A stretch of DNA of 64,000 nucleotides from Planctomycetota bacterium (GTDB lineage: Bacteria; Planctomycetota; UBA8108; SXIK01): assembly GCA_965223265.1 (NCBI GenBank), contig OZ244999.1:5019386-5083385 (forward strand). The letters are read 5' to 3'. Position 1 is the first letter of the stretch, and each line of letters begins with the position of its first letter. The position numbers and the translations under genes are program-made. The notes under the pieces are model-generated. The model was given only the letters and a program-made list of their open reading frames with translations. It did not search any database and was not told the origin of the DNA. Shown here piece after piece: positions 19,339 through 28,490 of the stretch.

Positions 19339-20048
19339 CCATCTGCCTCGGCGAGGAGCGCCCGCACGTGGCGCACCACCAGCTCGACGTCGTCAGGATT
19401 CTCGGTTGGGCGATAGTGCGCGCGCACCCGCCCTTGGGTGTCGACGAGTGCAAAGCGATCGCTGTGGGTTGGAATCCCCGTCTTTGACCGCTCTCTTGCC
19501 GGCAACAAGAACGAACGCTGACTCAAGTCCACGACCTCGGCGCCCGGCCCCGTCAGGAAGTGCCACGTACTCGCATCGGCGCCATATTGGTTCGAAAAAA
19601 GTTTCAGGACTTCCGGTCGATCGTTCTCGGGGTCGACCGAGAAAGAGACGAGTCGCACGCGATCTTTCGCTGTGGGAATCTCCATGAGCCGATCCTGAAC
19701 CTTCTTCATTTCTCGTGTCATCGCTGGGCACGCGGCTGCGCAGCCGGTGAATATGAAGTTGGCGACCCACACCTTCCCTTGGAGCGCGGCGGAATCAAAC
19801 GGTTCGCCGGCTGCACTGGTGAATCGAAACTCGGCGACCGAACCAAGGACAGGCGGCGGGGCGGCCGACGTGTCCCGCTGCGCACTCTCGTGCTCCTGCA
19901 GATACCAAAACGCCAGACAGACGCCCGCGAGCACGATCAGAAGAACGACGCTGAACATCTGCCCAGGCAGAGAACTTCGAGGGGGAGATCCCGCGCCGGC
20001 GGAATGGGTGCCGAGCCCGTCCGTTTCGTCCGCTATCGGCTTGTCCAT
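19314..20048 (-). CDS. SCO1/SenC family copper chaperone
   Basis: N-terminal transmembrane anchor. Thioredoxin-like fold with the CxxxC copper site FTGCAAACPAMT and a downstream His (IPTHSDRFALVD). Confidence 0.85.
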   Translation of the reverse strand: MDKPIADETDGLGTHSAGAGSPPRSSLPGQMFSVVLLIVLAGVCLAFWYLQEHESAQRDTSAAPPPVLGSVAEFRFTSAAGEPFDSAALQGKVWVANFIFTGCAAACPAMTREMKKVQDRLMEIPTAKDRVRLVSFSVDPENDRPEVLKLFSNQYGADASTWHFLTGPGAEVVDLSQRSFLLPARERSKTGIPTHSDRFALVDTQGRVRAHYRPTENPDDVELVVRHVRALLAEADGWEPENRE

Positions 20049-20060
20049 AGCGCGTTCGAC

Positions 20061-20708
20061 CTACCAGACGTAGAGGGCCAAGAAAAGAAACACCCACACG
20101 AGGGCGACGTAATGCCAGTACGCCGCGGCCATGCGCACGCCCAAACGTTGATATGCATGGTAGCGACCGCGCAGCAGGCGGACAAAGATCGCCGTTAGGA
20201 AGACGACCCCGCCCGCGACGTGAAGCCCGTGGAGGCCGGCCAGGGTGTAAAAGACGGATCCAAAGTTGTTGCCCGTGAACGGGACGAGTTTGAGGAGACG
20301 GCTGAACTCCAGCGCCTGGCCACCGACGAACATCAGACCCAGGGCGAGCGTGAGCGCCATCCAGAGTTTGGCGGCGGAAGGGTTGTCTCTTCGGACGCTG
20401 CGTTGGCTCAAAAACATAGTGGCTGAGCTGACGAAAAGCACAGCGGAGTTGCCGAGGACAAGCGGGGAGATCATCTCAGCGAGGACTTCAGGCCGCCACG
20501 TCGGTGATGCCAAGCGCAAGACGATGTACGCCGCGACGAGAGCGGCGAAGAACATCGTCTCGGCGATCAAAAAGAGCGCCATGCCGACGGTCTCTTTCGA
20601 GATTGGCTGCGGCTGAGATTGAACGGCTGAATGCATTTGACTCGGCTCAACGACCCGCGAAGCGACCGACGCGATTCCCAGCGCGCCGCAGGTCAGGGAA
20701 AACACCAA
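20061..20708 (-). CDS. ctaE: Cytochrome c oxidase subunit III
   Basis: MALFLIAETMFFAALVAAYIVLR..., GLHGLHVAGGVVFLTAIFVRLL..., AAAYWHYVALVWVFLFLALYVW; five-helix COX3 pattern. Confidence 0.85.
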   Translation of the reverse strand: MVFSLTCGALGIASVASRVVEPSQMHSAVQSQPQPISKETVGMALFLIAETMFFAALVAAYIVLRLASPTWRPEVLAEMISPLVLGNSAVLFVSSATMFLSQRSVRRDNPSAAKLWMALTLALGLMFVGGQALEFSRLLKLVPFTGNNFGSVFYTLAGLHGLHVAGGVVFLTAIFVRLLRGRYHAYQRLGVRMAAAYWHYVALVWVFLFLALYVW

Positions 20709-20722
20709 GCGTACGGCGCAGG

Positions 20723-21772
20723 TCAGGAGAAGCGATTCGCGCCAAGCATCATCGCGACGAGGAGGACGGGCAGGTAGACCAGCGACACCAGGAGGACGCG
20801 CCGGGCAGCGGCATCGCTGCGACGGTAGGCGAAATCAACTGCGCACGCGAGCGCCAACGCGCCAACCAGCACGGCCACGATGCCATACTGCGAACCACAC
20901 TGCCGGGTGAGGAAAGGAAAGAGACTGACGAGAACGAGAGCGATCGTGTTCGTGATCATTTGGCGCGCGACGATGCCCCCGCGGCGATCCAGGACCGACA
21001 GGATCGGATAGCCCCCCCGCGCGTAGTCGGAGCGAAACAGCCACGCAATCGCAAGAAAGTGCGGCAGCTGCCAGAAGAAGAGCACGCCGAAAAGCGACCA
21101 TGCGGCGGATGAGAGCGAGCCACTCGCAGCCGCCCAACCGATGAGCGGCGGCAAGGCGCCCGGAACAGCCCCAGCAATCGTTGACAGATGGCTGAGACGC
21201 TTCAACGGCGTGTACACGAACGCATAGGTGATCACTGTCAAAGCGCCAAGAAAGGCGGCCAGAGGGCGACCGAGGGCTACGAAGTACGCAACCCCACACA
21301 GTACGCTCACCATGCCGCACCACCACGCAAGGATAGGGGAGATGCGGCCAGCGGCGACAGGACGCTCGCGCGTGCGAATCATTTTCTGGTCCAGGTCGCG
21401 CTCGATCACTTGGTTGAGCGTCGACGCGCCCACGGCCAAGAGCGCCGTCGCCAGCAAAGACTGAATCAGCAGCGCCGTCGTCGCTCCAGGAGCGGAACCG
21501 GCAGCGACGGCGAGCCAGAATCCCGCCGCTGTGGTCACCAAAACGAGCAGCCCAACCCGCAGCTTGCCGAGAACGCAGAGATCCTGCAGCAGCGACGGAG
21601 GCGAGGCAAGAAGGCTTGGACTGCAATCGCGATCGCCCGCGGCGACGGCGTCTTCGATGTGAGAGGCCGCGGTGGGGACGGACACCTCTGCGGCGGTAGA
21701 CAGGCTCGCCACGTCGACGGAAGATACGTCGGTGGAGGATACGGTGATGGAAGATGATGCCGGCTTCATCAT
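20723..21772 (-). CDS. ctaB: Protoheme IX farnesyltransferase (heme O synthase)
   Basis: UbiA-family motifs NQVIERDLDQKMIRTRERP and YTPLKRLSHLSTIAGAVPGALPPLIGWAA. The ATGA overlaps the ctaA stop. Confidence 0.85.
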   Translation of the reverse strand: MMKPASSSITVSSTDVSSVDVASLSTAAEVSVPTAASHIEDAVAAGDRDCSPSLLASPPSLLQDLCVLGKLRVGLLVLVTTAAGFWLAVAAGSAPGATTALLIQSLLATALLAVGASTLNQVIERDLDQKMIRTRERPVAAGRISPILAWWCGMVSVLCGVAYFVALGRPLAAFLGALTVITYAFVYTPLKRLSHLSTIAGAVPGALPPLIGWAAASGSLSSAAWSLFGVLFFWQLPHFLAIAWLFRSDYARGGYPILSVLDRRGGIVARQMITNTIALVLVSLFPFLTRQCGSQYGIVAVLVGALALACAVDFAYRRSDAAARRVLLVSLVYLPVLLVAMMLGANRFS

Positions 21773-22860
21773 GCATCGCCTCCGACGAGCAGCGCCGACG
21801 GGAAGCCAGCCGCACGCGATGGTGTCGAGAGAGTCGGCCCGGATGGTGGGTGAGCGGTTGGAGCCTCACCCGAAGGTGCCCCACCGGAAGGTACCCTACC
21901 GGAAGGTGGCGTGGAAGCTCGCTGCGCCCCGGTGTCACCAGCAACGCCGCGCATCCCGGCCCGCAGCCGAAGGGTTCGTGCGAGCAATACCACCGAAAAG
22001 ACAAGCATGAGCGCGCCAGCGACTTGATGCGACGTGGCGATGACTTGGTGCAGCGTGCTGCCAGCGTCGTCGACGCCCTCAGGACGCGTCACGAACGCCG
22101 TCAGTCCCAGGAAGAACTGCACGACAACCAGAAGCACAAGCACGGTGGCCGGCGCCAACAGAGGCGCCAACTTACTGTGACGCGAAAAAACGCGCGACGC
22201 GGTCAGCGCCACTAGTGTGAACACAACGAAAGCCCACACGATGTGAGGCACTTCCCCGACATATGCGTGTCGCAGGACCGCGCCAAAGAGAATCTGCAAA
22301 TAGACAGAACCAACGAGGATCCACGCAGCGTTACGCATCCAAAAGGAGTCCTCGGCGCTGAGACGATCAGCCAGCTCGTCAAGGCGCTGCCACTTCGAAC
22401 CACTAACGACCGTGAGCACCGTCACGAGCGATAGAAAGAACATCGCCAGCGCGACGTGGACAATGGAGGTCCACGGCGGGGTCTCAAAGAGTACCGTCAG
22501 GCCGCCCAAAAGTGCCGGCAGCAGCACGACGAACGCCGCCGCCCACGCAAGGCGACGAACCCAGCGTTGGAGGCGATGTCTAGTCGCCAAGAAAGCCACG
22601 CCCCAGGCCAAAAGGATCACCACCGCCGCGACGAGCCGATGCGTGTGCTCGTACAGCTTGCCTCGATCGGCTCTCATCTCCTCGACCGAAGGCAACAGCT
22701 GACCGTCGAACGAAGGCCAATGAGGGTCCGCCATGCCCGACTCGGTGCTGGTGACGTTGGCGCCGAGCGTGATCAGCACGAGTGTCGCGACGAGAAGGAT
22801 CTTGGTTGCCTTTGACATGAGAAGTCTTTCAAGCGACCGAACGCACGCAAGAGCGTTCAA
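21769..22860 (-). CDS. ctaA: Heme A synthase (COX15/CtaA family)
   Basis: Eight predicted transmembrane segments with conserved His (HRLVAAVVILLAWG, HVALAMFFLSL, HQVAGALMLVF). The C-terminal tail is a Pro/Ser/Gly-rich repeat (PPSGRVPSGGAPSGEAPTAHPPSGP). Confidence 0.8.
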   Translation of the reverse strand: MNALACVRSLERLLMSKATKILLVATLVLITLGANVTSTESGMADPHWPSFDGQLLPSVEEMRADRGKLYEHTHRLVAAVVILLAWGVAFLATRHRLQRWVRRLAWAAAFVVLLPALLGGLTVLFETPPWTSIVHVALAMFFLSLVTVLTVVSGSKWQRLDELADRLSAEDSFWMRNAAWILVGSVYLQILFGAVLRHAYVGEVPHIVWAFVVFTLVALTASRVFSRHSKLAPLLAPATVLVLLVVVQFFLGLTAFVTRPEGVDDAGSTLHQVIATSHQVAGALMLVFSVVLLARTLRLRAGMRGVAGDTGAQRASTPPSGRVPSGGAPSGEAPTAHPPSGPTLSTPSRAAGFPSALLVGGDA

Positions 22861-23054
22861 GAAAATCGCACGGTGGAGACATCGCGGACGATGGATAAAA
22901 GAATCACGCTAGTCTGTGAAATCTGGTACCGAAGACCGTTCCGCCACTGGGTCTCGCGTCGCCCGGAACCCCAGACAGCCAGTTCGCCGAAGAACACGCG
23001 ACGCGTCCGTCCGCCCGAAGACCCGAGAGCCACTCTCACCGTCGCCAACCGCAC

Positions 23055-24788
23055 TCAGGCGTGACCGAGCGCTTCCTCCTGGCGAGCGGCCTCGCCCTCC
23101 AGCTTTCTTGTCTGCGGCAAGTAGTCTTCCTCGACGACCGGCGAATTGAACTCATAAGGGCCACGGTAGACCGTCGGCACGGGATCGAAGTTCACATGTG
23201 CGGGCGGTGACGGCGTCTGCCATTCGAGGCTGTTGGCCTTCCACGGGTTGGAATCGGCAACCTTTCCCTTCTTCATGCTCCAGAAGAGATTGATCAGAAA
23301 GATAATCTGAGCCAGCCCAAGACCAACCGCCGACACCGTCATGAACACGTTCCACGACTGCATGTGAGCCCACGTCGTGGTCGTACCTGGTTCGACCGCA
23401 TAGGCGGCGTAGCGGCGGGGCAAGCCAGCGGCGCCGACGATGTGCATGGGAAAGAATGTACAATTGAACGCGATGAAGGAGAGGAAGAAGTGTACCTTCC
23501 CCATCGTTTCGTTCATGAAACGCCCGAACATCTTCGGGAACCAATAATAGGTCCCCGCAAAGACCCCCATGAGCGTACCACCGAAGAGCACGTAGTGGAT
23601 GTGCGCGACGATGTAGTAGGTGTCATGAATCTGAATGTCGACGGGTGTGGCGGCCATGAAGATGCCACTCAAGCCGCCGATGACGAACATGGAGACGAAC
23701 GCCAAGCCAAACAGCATCGCCGACGTGAACATGATGTTGCCGCCCCAAAGCGTACCGAGCCAGTTGAACGTCTTCACGGCGGACGGCAGTGCGATCAGCA
23801 TGGTGCCGATCATGAACGTCGTGCCGAGCTTTGGGTTCATGCCGCTCTGGAACATGTGATGGCCCCAGACGATGAAACCGAGCCCGGCGATGCCCGCCAT
23901 GGAATAGGCCATGGCGCGATAGCCGAAAACGGCGCGGCGCGCGAAAGTAGCCAGGACGTCGCTCGCCATCCCCATCGCCGGCAGGATCATGATGTAGACC
24001 GCCGGGTGGGAGTAAAACCAAAACAGGTGCTGCCAGAGGAGCGGCTGGCCGTCGTGCGTGAAGAAGGTCGTGCCGAGGTGACGATCGAGGAGGAGCAGGA
24101 TCAGCGCCGAGGTCAACACCGGCGTGCCGAAAAGAATCAAAATCGATGTAATGAACACGGACCAGGTCGTCAGAGGCATGCGAAAGAAGGTCATGCCCGG
24201 CGCACGCATCTTGATGATCGTCGTGATGTAGTTGACGGCTCCCATGATGGAGGACGTTCCGACGATGATCAGGCTGATGCACCAGCACGTCTGCCCGGCT
24301 GAAGCGATGGTGCTGAGCGGCGGATACGATGTCCAGCCGCCCGCCGCCGGGCCGCCGTCGAGAAAGAAGCCGAGGAACATGATGATGCCCGCCGGCGGCA
24401 TGATCCAGTACGACAGCCCGTTCATGAACGGAAATGCCATGTCAGCGGCACCGATCTGCAGCGGCACCACGAAGTTGCCGAAGGCGCCGACGAGGAACGG
24501 AATGATCGCGAAAAAGATCATCACCGTCGCGTGCATGGTGAAGAGTTCCGCGTAGGTCTGTCCGGTCACCTCGCCGAGTAGCGGCACTTCTCTGTCCGGC
24601 CAGGCGATACGGTAGCGCACCGCCAGCGCGAACAGACCGCCGATGATCAACATGACGACCGCGGTGAAAAAAAACTGCAGACCGATCGTCTTGTGGTCAC
24701 GGCTGAAGATGTACCTGCCGATGAGGCCCGGCTCTGGATGCGCGTGGCTCGCGTGGGTCGCGGCTTCGCCGGTGGTCGTCGTACTCAT
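23055..24788 (-). CDS. ctaD: Cytochrome c oxidase subunit I (A-type haem-copper oxidase)
   Basis: 577 aa with canonical haem/CuB ligand regions (WFFGHPEVY-like HPAVYIMILPAMG, HHMF, HDTYYIVAHIHYVLFGG). Confidence 0.9.
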   Translation of the reverse strand: MSTTTTGEAATHASHAHPEPGLIGRYIFSRDHKTIGLQFFFTAVVMLIIGGLFALAVRYRIAWPDREVPLLGEVTGQTYAELFTMHATVMIFFAIIPFLVGAFGNFVVPLQIGAADMAFPFMNGLSYWIMPPAGIIMFLGFFLDGGPAAGGWTSYPPLSTIASAGQTCWCISLIIVGTSSIMGAVNYITTIIKMRAPGMTFFRMPLTTWSVFITSILILFGTPVLTSALILLLLDRHLGTTFFTHDGQPLLWQHLFWFYSHPAVYIMILPAMGMASDVLATFARRAVFGYRAMAYSMAGIAGLGFIVWGHHMFQSGMNPKLGTTFMIGTMLIALPSAVKTFNWLGTLWGGNIMFTSAMLFGLAFVSMFVIGGLSGIFMAATPVDIQIHDTYYIVAHIHYVLFGGTLMGVFAGTYYWFPKMFGRFMNETMGKVHFFLSFIAFNCTFFPMHIVGAAGLPRRYAAYAVEPGTTTTWAHMQSWNVFMTVSAVGLGLAQIIFLINLFWSMKKGKVADSNPWKANSLEWQTPSPPAHVNFDPVPTVYRGPYEFNSPVVEEDYLPQTRKLEGEAARQEEALGHA

Positions 24789-24889
24789 CTCGTCTCTCGT
24801 TGACTCTCGCTCATGAGGATGGTGTCCGCTCAGGGGCGAACACCGCCGAAAGTGGAATTCTTTGTTGGATCGTTGCTTAGGGTTCGCGC

Positions 24890-25888
24890 TCAGTCACCCG
24901 GAGTGACCGGAGCCGGTCGGCGCGGGGCGCGCACCGTTCGCTTGTCGACGCCCTCAAAGGTCGCTCTGTGCTGTCGCCAGTCGTAGCCGAGTTGCTGCTG
25001 GAGCTCCTCGTTCGTCATGACGACCAGGTCCGCACGCATGGTGTAGTGGCCTTGGCCGCAGAGCTCGGCACAGGCGATTTCGTAGGTGCCGGTCTTCGTC
25101 GCCTCGAACCAGATGTAGCCCGGATAGTACGGCACGAGATCCTGCTTCACGCGCAGGTTCGGCGCAAAGAAGCTGTGCAGCACCGCCGCCGTCTCCCGGC
25201 CGCTCTCCTGGTCGTACTTGGAGAGCGAGTTGATCTGCAGCAGGACCTTCGTGTTCACCGGTACGTGCAGGTTTGCTAACACCTTGTCGGCGCTGGGATT
25301 CGCGAGTCCGACCGGATTGAAGCCAGGAAACTGATCCTGGAGCCGCGTCGGCTCGAACTTTCCGTCTGTCCCCGGATAAACAAAGTGCCAGTTGAACTGC
25401 TCGCCGAAGACACGGTTGACGAACACTTCTTCGGTCTTGGGATCCGGAAACTCCTGCTTGATGCGAATCCACGTGTCGCGCTGCACGAAGGCCAAGAAGA
25501 TTAAGATGACCGCGGTCGCCAAGGTCCAGAACACTTCGAGCTTGTGGCTGCCGTGGGTGTAGACGGCTTTGCGGCCCTCGCGGTAGCGATACTTAACCAT
25601 GAAGATTGCCATCAGCGCCAAGACGCCGATGAGGGTGATCGTGGTGATCACCAGGATCAGGTTGAAGAGCCAGTCGACATCACCGCCGTAGGTGGAGATG
25701 TTCTCGGGCAGCATCGACAGGGACGCGGCCGGTTCGCTGACGGCGTCAGCACCGGCAGCGTCTTGCGCGGACGCCGGTAGCGCCCAAGCACCCGCGACCG
25801 CCAAGAAGCCGGCGACGAGGGGGCCGCGCCACAGCCGCACGGCATGAAATGGGTTCTCTCTTACGACGGACACGATGAATCGTCTCAC
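24890..25888 (-). CDS. ctaC: Cytochrome c oxidase subunit II (CuA-containing). No fused cytochrome c domain.
   Basis: Signal peptide plus 2 transmembrane segments; CuA motif IACAELCGQGHYTM. No CxxCH anywhere in the protein. Confidence 0.9.
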   Translation of the reverse strand: MRRFIVSVVRENPFHAVRLWRGPLVAGFLAVAGAWALPASAQDAAGADAVSEPAASLSMLPENISTYGGDVDWLFNLILVITTITLIGVLALMAIFMVKYRYREGRKAVYTHGSHKLEVFWTLATAVILIFLAFVQRDTWIRIKQEFPDPKTEEVFVNRVFGEQFNWHFVYPGTDGKFEPTRLQDQFPGFNPVGLANPSADKVLANLHVPVNTKVLLQINSLSKYDQESGRETAAVLHSFFAPNLRVKQDLVPYYPGYIWFEATKTGTYEIACAELCGQGHYTMRADLVVMTNEELQQQLGYDWRQHRATFEGVDKRTVRAPRRPAPVTPGD

Positions 25889-25924
25889 TCTTCGTTGTTC
25901 GTTAGTTGAATGAAGCCGGGCGGC

Positions 25925-26770
25925 TCAGAAGCTCACTTCACCAATGTCAGCGGCGGCACCAGCGGCGACCTCGACCTCAACGTCCTCGGGCTTCTTGAGT
26001 CCCGGTGCCGTTTCGTGCCAAAAAGAGATCGTGTACTTACCCGGCGGGACACCTTTGATCTCGAACTTGCCGTTCGAATCGGTCACAGCATAGCACGGGT
26101 GATCGACAACACAAGCCCAGGACTGCATCCAGGAGTGATAGTCACACTTGAAGGCATTCTTGCCTGTCTTCTTGAACCACTTCTTCTTGGTCAGAGGCTG
26201 GCCGGCGTTGACTCCTTCGTTGAACGGGCGTCCCGATTCGACCTTGACGTTGTGCGGAAAGGCGTCGCTGTTCTTGATCAAAATGTCTTGATTGACGCGG
26301 ACCCCGAAGACGTGCGGCAAATAGACGCACCCCTTTTGGTCGATCGTCACCTGGCCAGACGGTGCAGGAACCTCGTAGGCCTCGTGAAGTCCCTTCGTCA
26401 CCTCGACGAAGACGTCGCGCAGACCGCCGCCCTCCCCCTTGACGATCAGCTCCAGCTTCGGCGTTCCCTGCGGGTGCAGGTGCGCGCATTCCGCCTTGGC
26501 CGACATGTCGTAGTTTTGCATTGGCGGCACGTTGGCGGGCGCCTTCACGGTGCCGGTGATACTGCCGGTTTCGCTCGGCCAGGGCTTCTTGCTGACTGGC
26601 GGGGGTGTGTCGCCACCGTCGCCACCGTCGCCGCCGTTTACAATAAGCTTCTCACTCTTCTTCTCACTCTTCTTCTCACACCCAGTCCCCACAACCAAAA
26701 ACGAAGCAAAAGCCAGCATCGCGGCAAGTTGAAGCGCTGCTCGGAGTCTCATGATTTGTTCCTTTCTCAC
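25925..26770 (-). CDS. Cupredoxin-like (type-1 copper) lipoprotein with Gly/Asp and Glu/Lys/Ser low-complexity linkers
   Basis: Signal/lipobox-like ...FLVVGTGC. Linkers EKKSEKKSEK and GGDGGDGGD. C-terminal domain with FPHNVKV ... CDYHSWM, a His...Cys-x2-His-x2-Met pattern like the amicyanin copper site. SNGKFEIKGVPPGKYT beta-sandwich signature. Confidence 0.55.
   Translation of the reverse strand: MRKEQIMRLRAALQLAAMLAFASFLVVGTGCEKKSEKKSEKLIVNGGDGGDGGDTPPPVSKKPWPSETGSITGTVKAPANVPPMQNYDMSAKAECAHLHPQGTPKLELIVKGEGGGLRDVFVEVTKGLHEAYEVPAPSGQVTIDQKGCVYLPHVFGVRVNQDILIKNSDAFPHNVKVESGRPFNEGVNAGQPLTKKKWFKKTGKNAFKCDYHSWMQSWACVVDHPCYAVTDSNGKFEIKGVPPGKYTISFWHETAPGLKKPEDVEVEVAAGAAADIGEVSF
26611..26678 (-). 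repeat. In-frame short tandem repeats inside the cupredoxin linker: a 9-bp unit x3 (GGD codons) and a 12-bp unit x2 (EKKS codons)
   Basis: cgccaccgt x3 at 26611-26637; tcactcttcttc x2 at about 26650-26678. Confidence 0.7.
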
Positions 26771-26874
26771 CTCGGGAGTTGCGTTCCCCGAGGGCTACAG
26801 TGAGTGAGTTTTGATGGTGTCTTTGAAATCTGTTCTAAGAATCTCGCGGCCGTCCCAGCGACAAACTTCGAGGC

Positions 26875-28338
26875 TCAACTGAGCGCCTCGAGCACGCGCC
26901 AGGCCGTGCGCTCGGCATCGACGACACAGTCGTTGACGCCGACGCCGCGGTAGGCGTTGCCGGTGAGGCAAAGCCCAGGGATCTCGGCGCAGCGCGCGTC
27001 GATGCGCCTGAGTCGCGCGAGGTGCCCAACGTTGTACTGTGGGATGCCAAGAACGTGTCGGTAGACCCGCGTCACCGTCGGTTCGCCGCCGAGGCCAAGT
27101 AGCGGCCCGGCGTCACTGGTGACGAGGTCGATCAATTCATCTGCGGTCTTGCCGACGGCCTCGGGGTCATGCGCGCCGCCGATCATGGAGCGAAGGCTGA
27201 CGCTGCCTTCCGGAGCGTGATCGGGAAAAACGCTCGAAACCCAAATCGTTCCGAGGGTGCGCACGCCGCTGGCGCGCGGCGCCAAGAAACCAAAACCTTC
27301 GAGAGGGTGCCCCACGTCCTCGCGGCGATAGCCAAGGCAGACGACGGCAATCGAAGCGTACGGAATCGCCTCAAGATCGCCGGCCAGCTCGGGCGCCACG
27401 CCAGCGACCAGAGACCCGGCCTGACGTGCCGGGGTGGCCAGCACGAGCGCCCGCGCTGAGAACTCTCGGCCGCTCACGGCGCGCACGCGGAATCGAGGCG
27501 CTTCCGCGCCGGCGAGAGAGCTCTCGCCCGTAACGGTCACCGACTCGAGTGGCGAGTCCAGGATCAGCCGATCACCGAGCCCTTTCGCGAGCGCCTCCAC
27601 CAGCTCGCCCATGCCGGAGCGAAACGAATAGAGCGTGCGCTCTCGGCGTTTCAGCTCGCCGTCCATGCCAGTGTCGCCACCCTTTTGCGCTCGACGGGCT
27701 CGCCCGCGTTCGCGGGCTTTGGCGAACATGCCGCGCACCAGGCTTCCGTGCTCGCGCTCGAGCGCCGCCAGACGCGGAAAGGCCGCTGCGACACTCAGGC
27801 GCTCGACGTCGCCGCCGAAGATGCCGGTGACGAGCGGGTCGAGAACGTTGCGCACGACTTCAGGCCCGAAACGGCGCGATCCGAAGGCCGCCACGGTTTC
27901 TTCGCTCGTGTCATCAGCATCGAATGAAGGCGCCGCACGGAACGGCTCCGAAAGCGCACGCAGGCGGCCGCGGAGCGACACGATGGGCGTTCGCAGCAGC
28001 CCCAGCGGCGAGCTCGGCAGGGCGCAGAGTTGACCGCCGGCGAGCACGAAGCGCTTTTTGGCGGCCGCATCGGCCACGACGAGTCGGTCGTCGAGGCCAA
28101 GTTCGCTGACGAGCGTGAAGGTTTCAGGGACGGTGCCTAAGAACCCGTTCGGCCCCCACTCGAATGTGAAACCGTCAACGTGGTCGCTGCGGATGTTTCC
28201 ACCCGCGCGCGCCGCGCCTTCGACGACGGTGACGTCAAGGTCCGGCGACGCCGCGAGGAGACGGTGCGCCGTCACTAGACCACTCACCCCGCCGCCGACG
28301 ATCAACACACTACTCATGAAGGTCCAGAAGACTCTCAT
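26875..28338 (-). CDS. hemY: Protoporphyrinogen/coproporphyrinogen oxidase (HemY/CgoX family, FAD-dependent)
   Basis: N-terminal FAD fold VLIVGGGVSGLVTAHRL, ...GGNIRSD..GFTFEWGPNGF; about 480 aa. The first track codon is TTG. ATG candidates at 28338 and 28317. Confidence 0.8.
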   Translation of the reverse strand: MRVFWTFMSSVLIVGGGVSGLVTAHRLLAASPDLDVTVVEGAARAGGNIRSDHVDGFTFEWGPNGFLGTVPETFTLVSELGLDDRLVVADAAAKKRFVLAGGQLCALPSSPLGLLRTPIVSLRGRLRALSEPFRAAPSFDADDTSEETVAAFGSRRFGPEVVRNVLDPLVTGIFGGDVERLSVAAAFPRLAALEREHGSLVRGMFAKARERGRARRAQKGGDTGMDGELKRRERTLYSFRSGMGELVEALAKGLGDRLILDSPLESVTVTGESSLAGAEAPRFRVRAVSGREFSARALVLATPARQAGSLVAGVAPELAGDLEAIPYASIAVVCLGYRREDVGHPLEGFGFLAPRASGVRTLGTIWVSSVFPDHAPEGSVSLRSMIGGAHDPEAVGKTADELIDLVTSDAGPLLGLGGEPTVTRVYRHVLGIPQYNVGHLARLRRIDARCAEIPGLCLTGNAYRGVGVNDCVVDAERTAWRVLEALS

Positions 28339-28490
28339 CAAGGAGACCGACTACTAAGATTCGGACGAAATCGAAGGGAACTAGCGCGGCGAACCACAAT
28401 CGCTCCGCGCTTCGCTGGCTCATTCGACGCGTGGCGACGGTCGCGATCGCCCGGCTTCACCGGCACAAGTCCGCGACCAATCGTGCGCCA

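Noticed and set aside
20835-22004. 389-aa minus-strand ORF overlapping ctaB/ctaA in another frame
   Set aside because: Arg-rich nonsense protein. The ctaB and ctaA frames give textbook UbiA and COX15 sequences.
23364-24302. 312-aa plus-strand ORF opposite ctaD
   Set aside because: Antisense artefact; ctaD is unambiguous.
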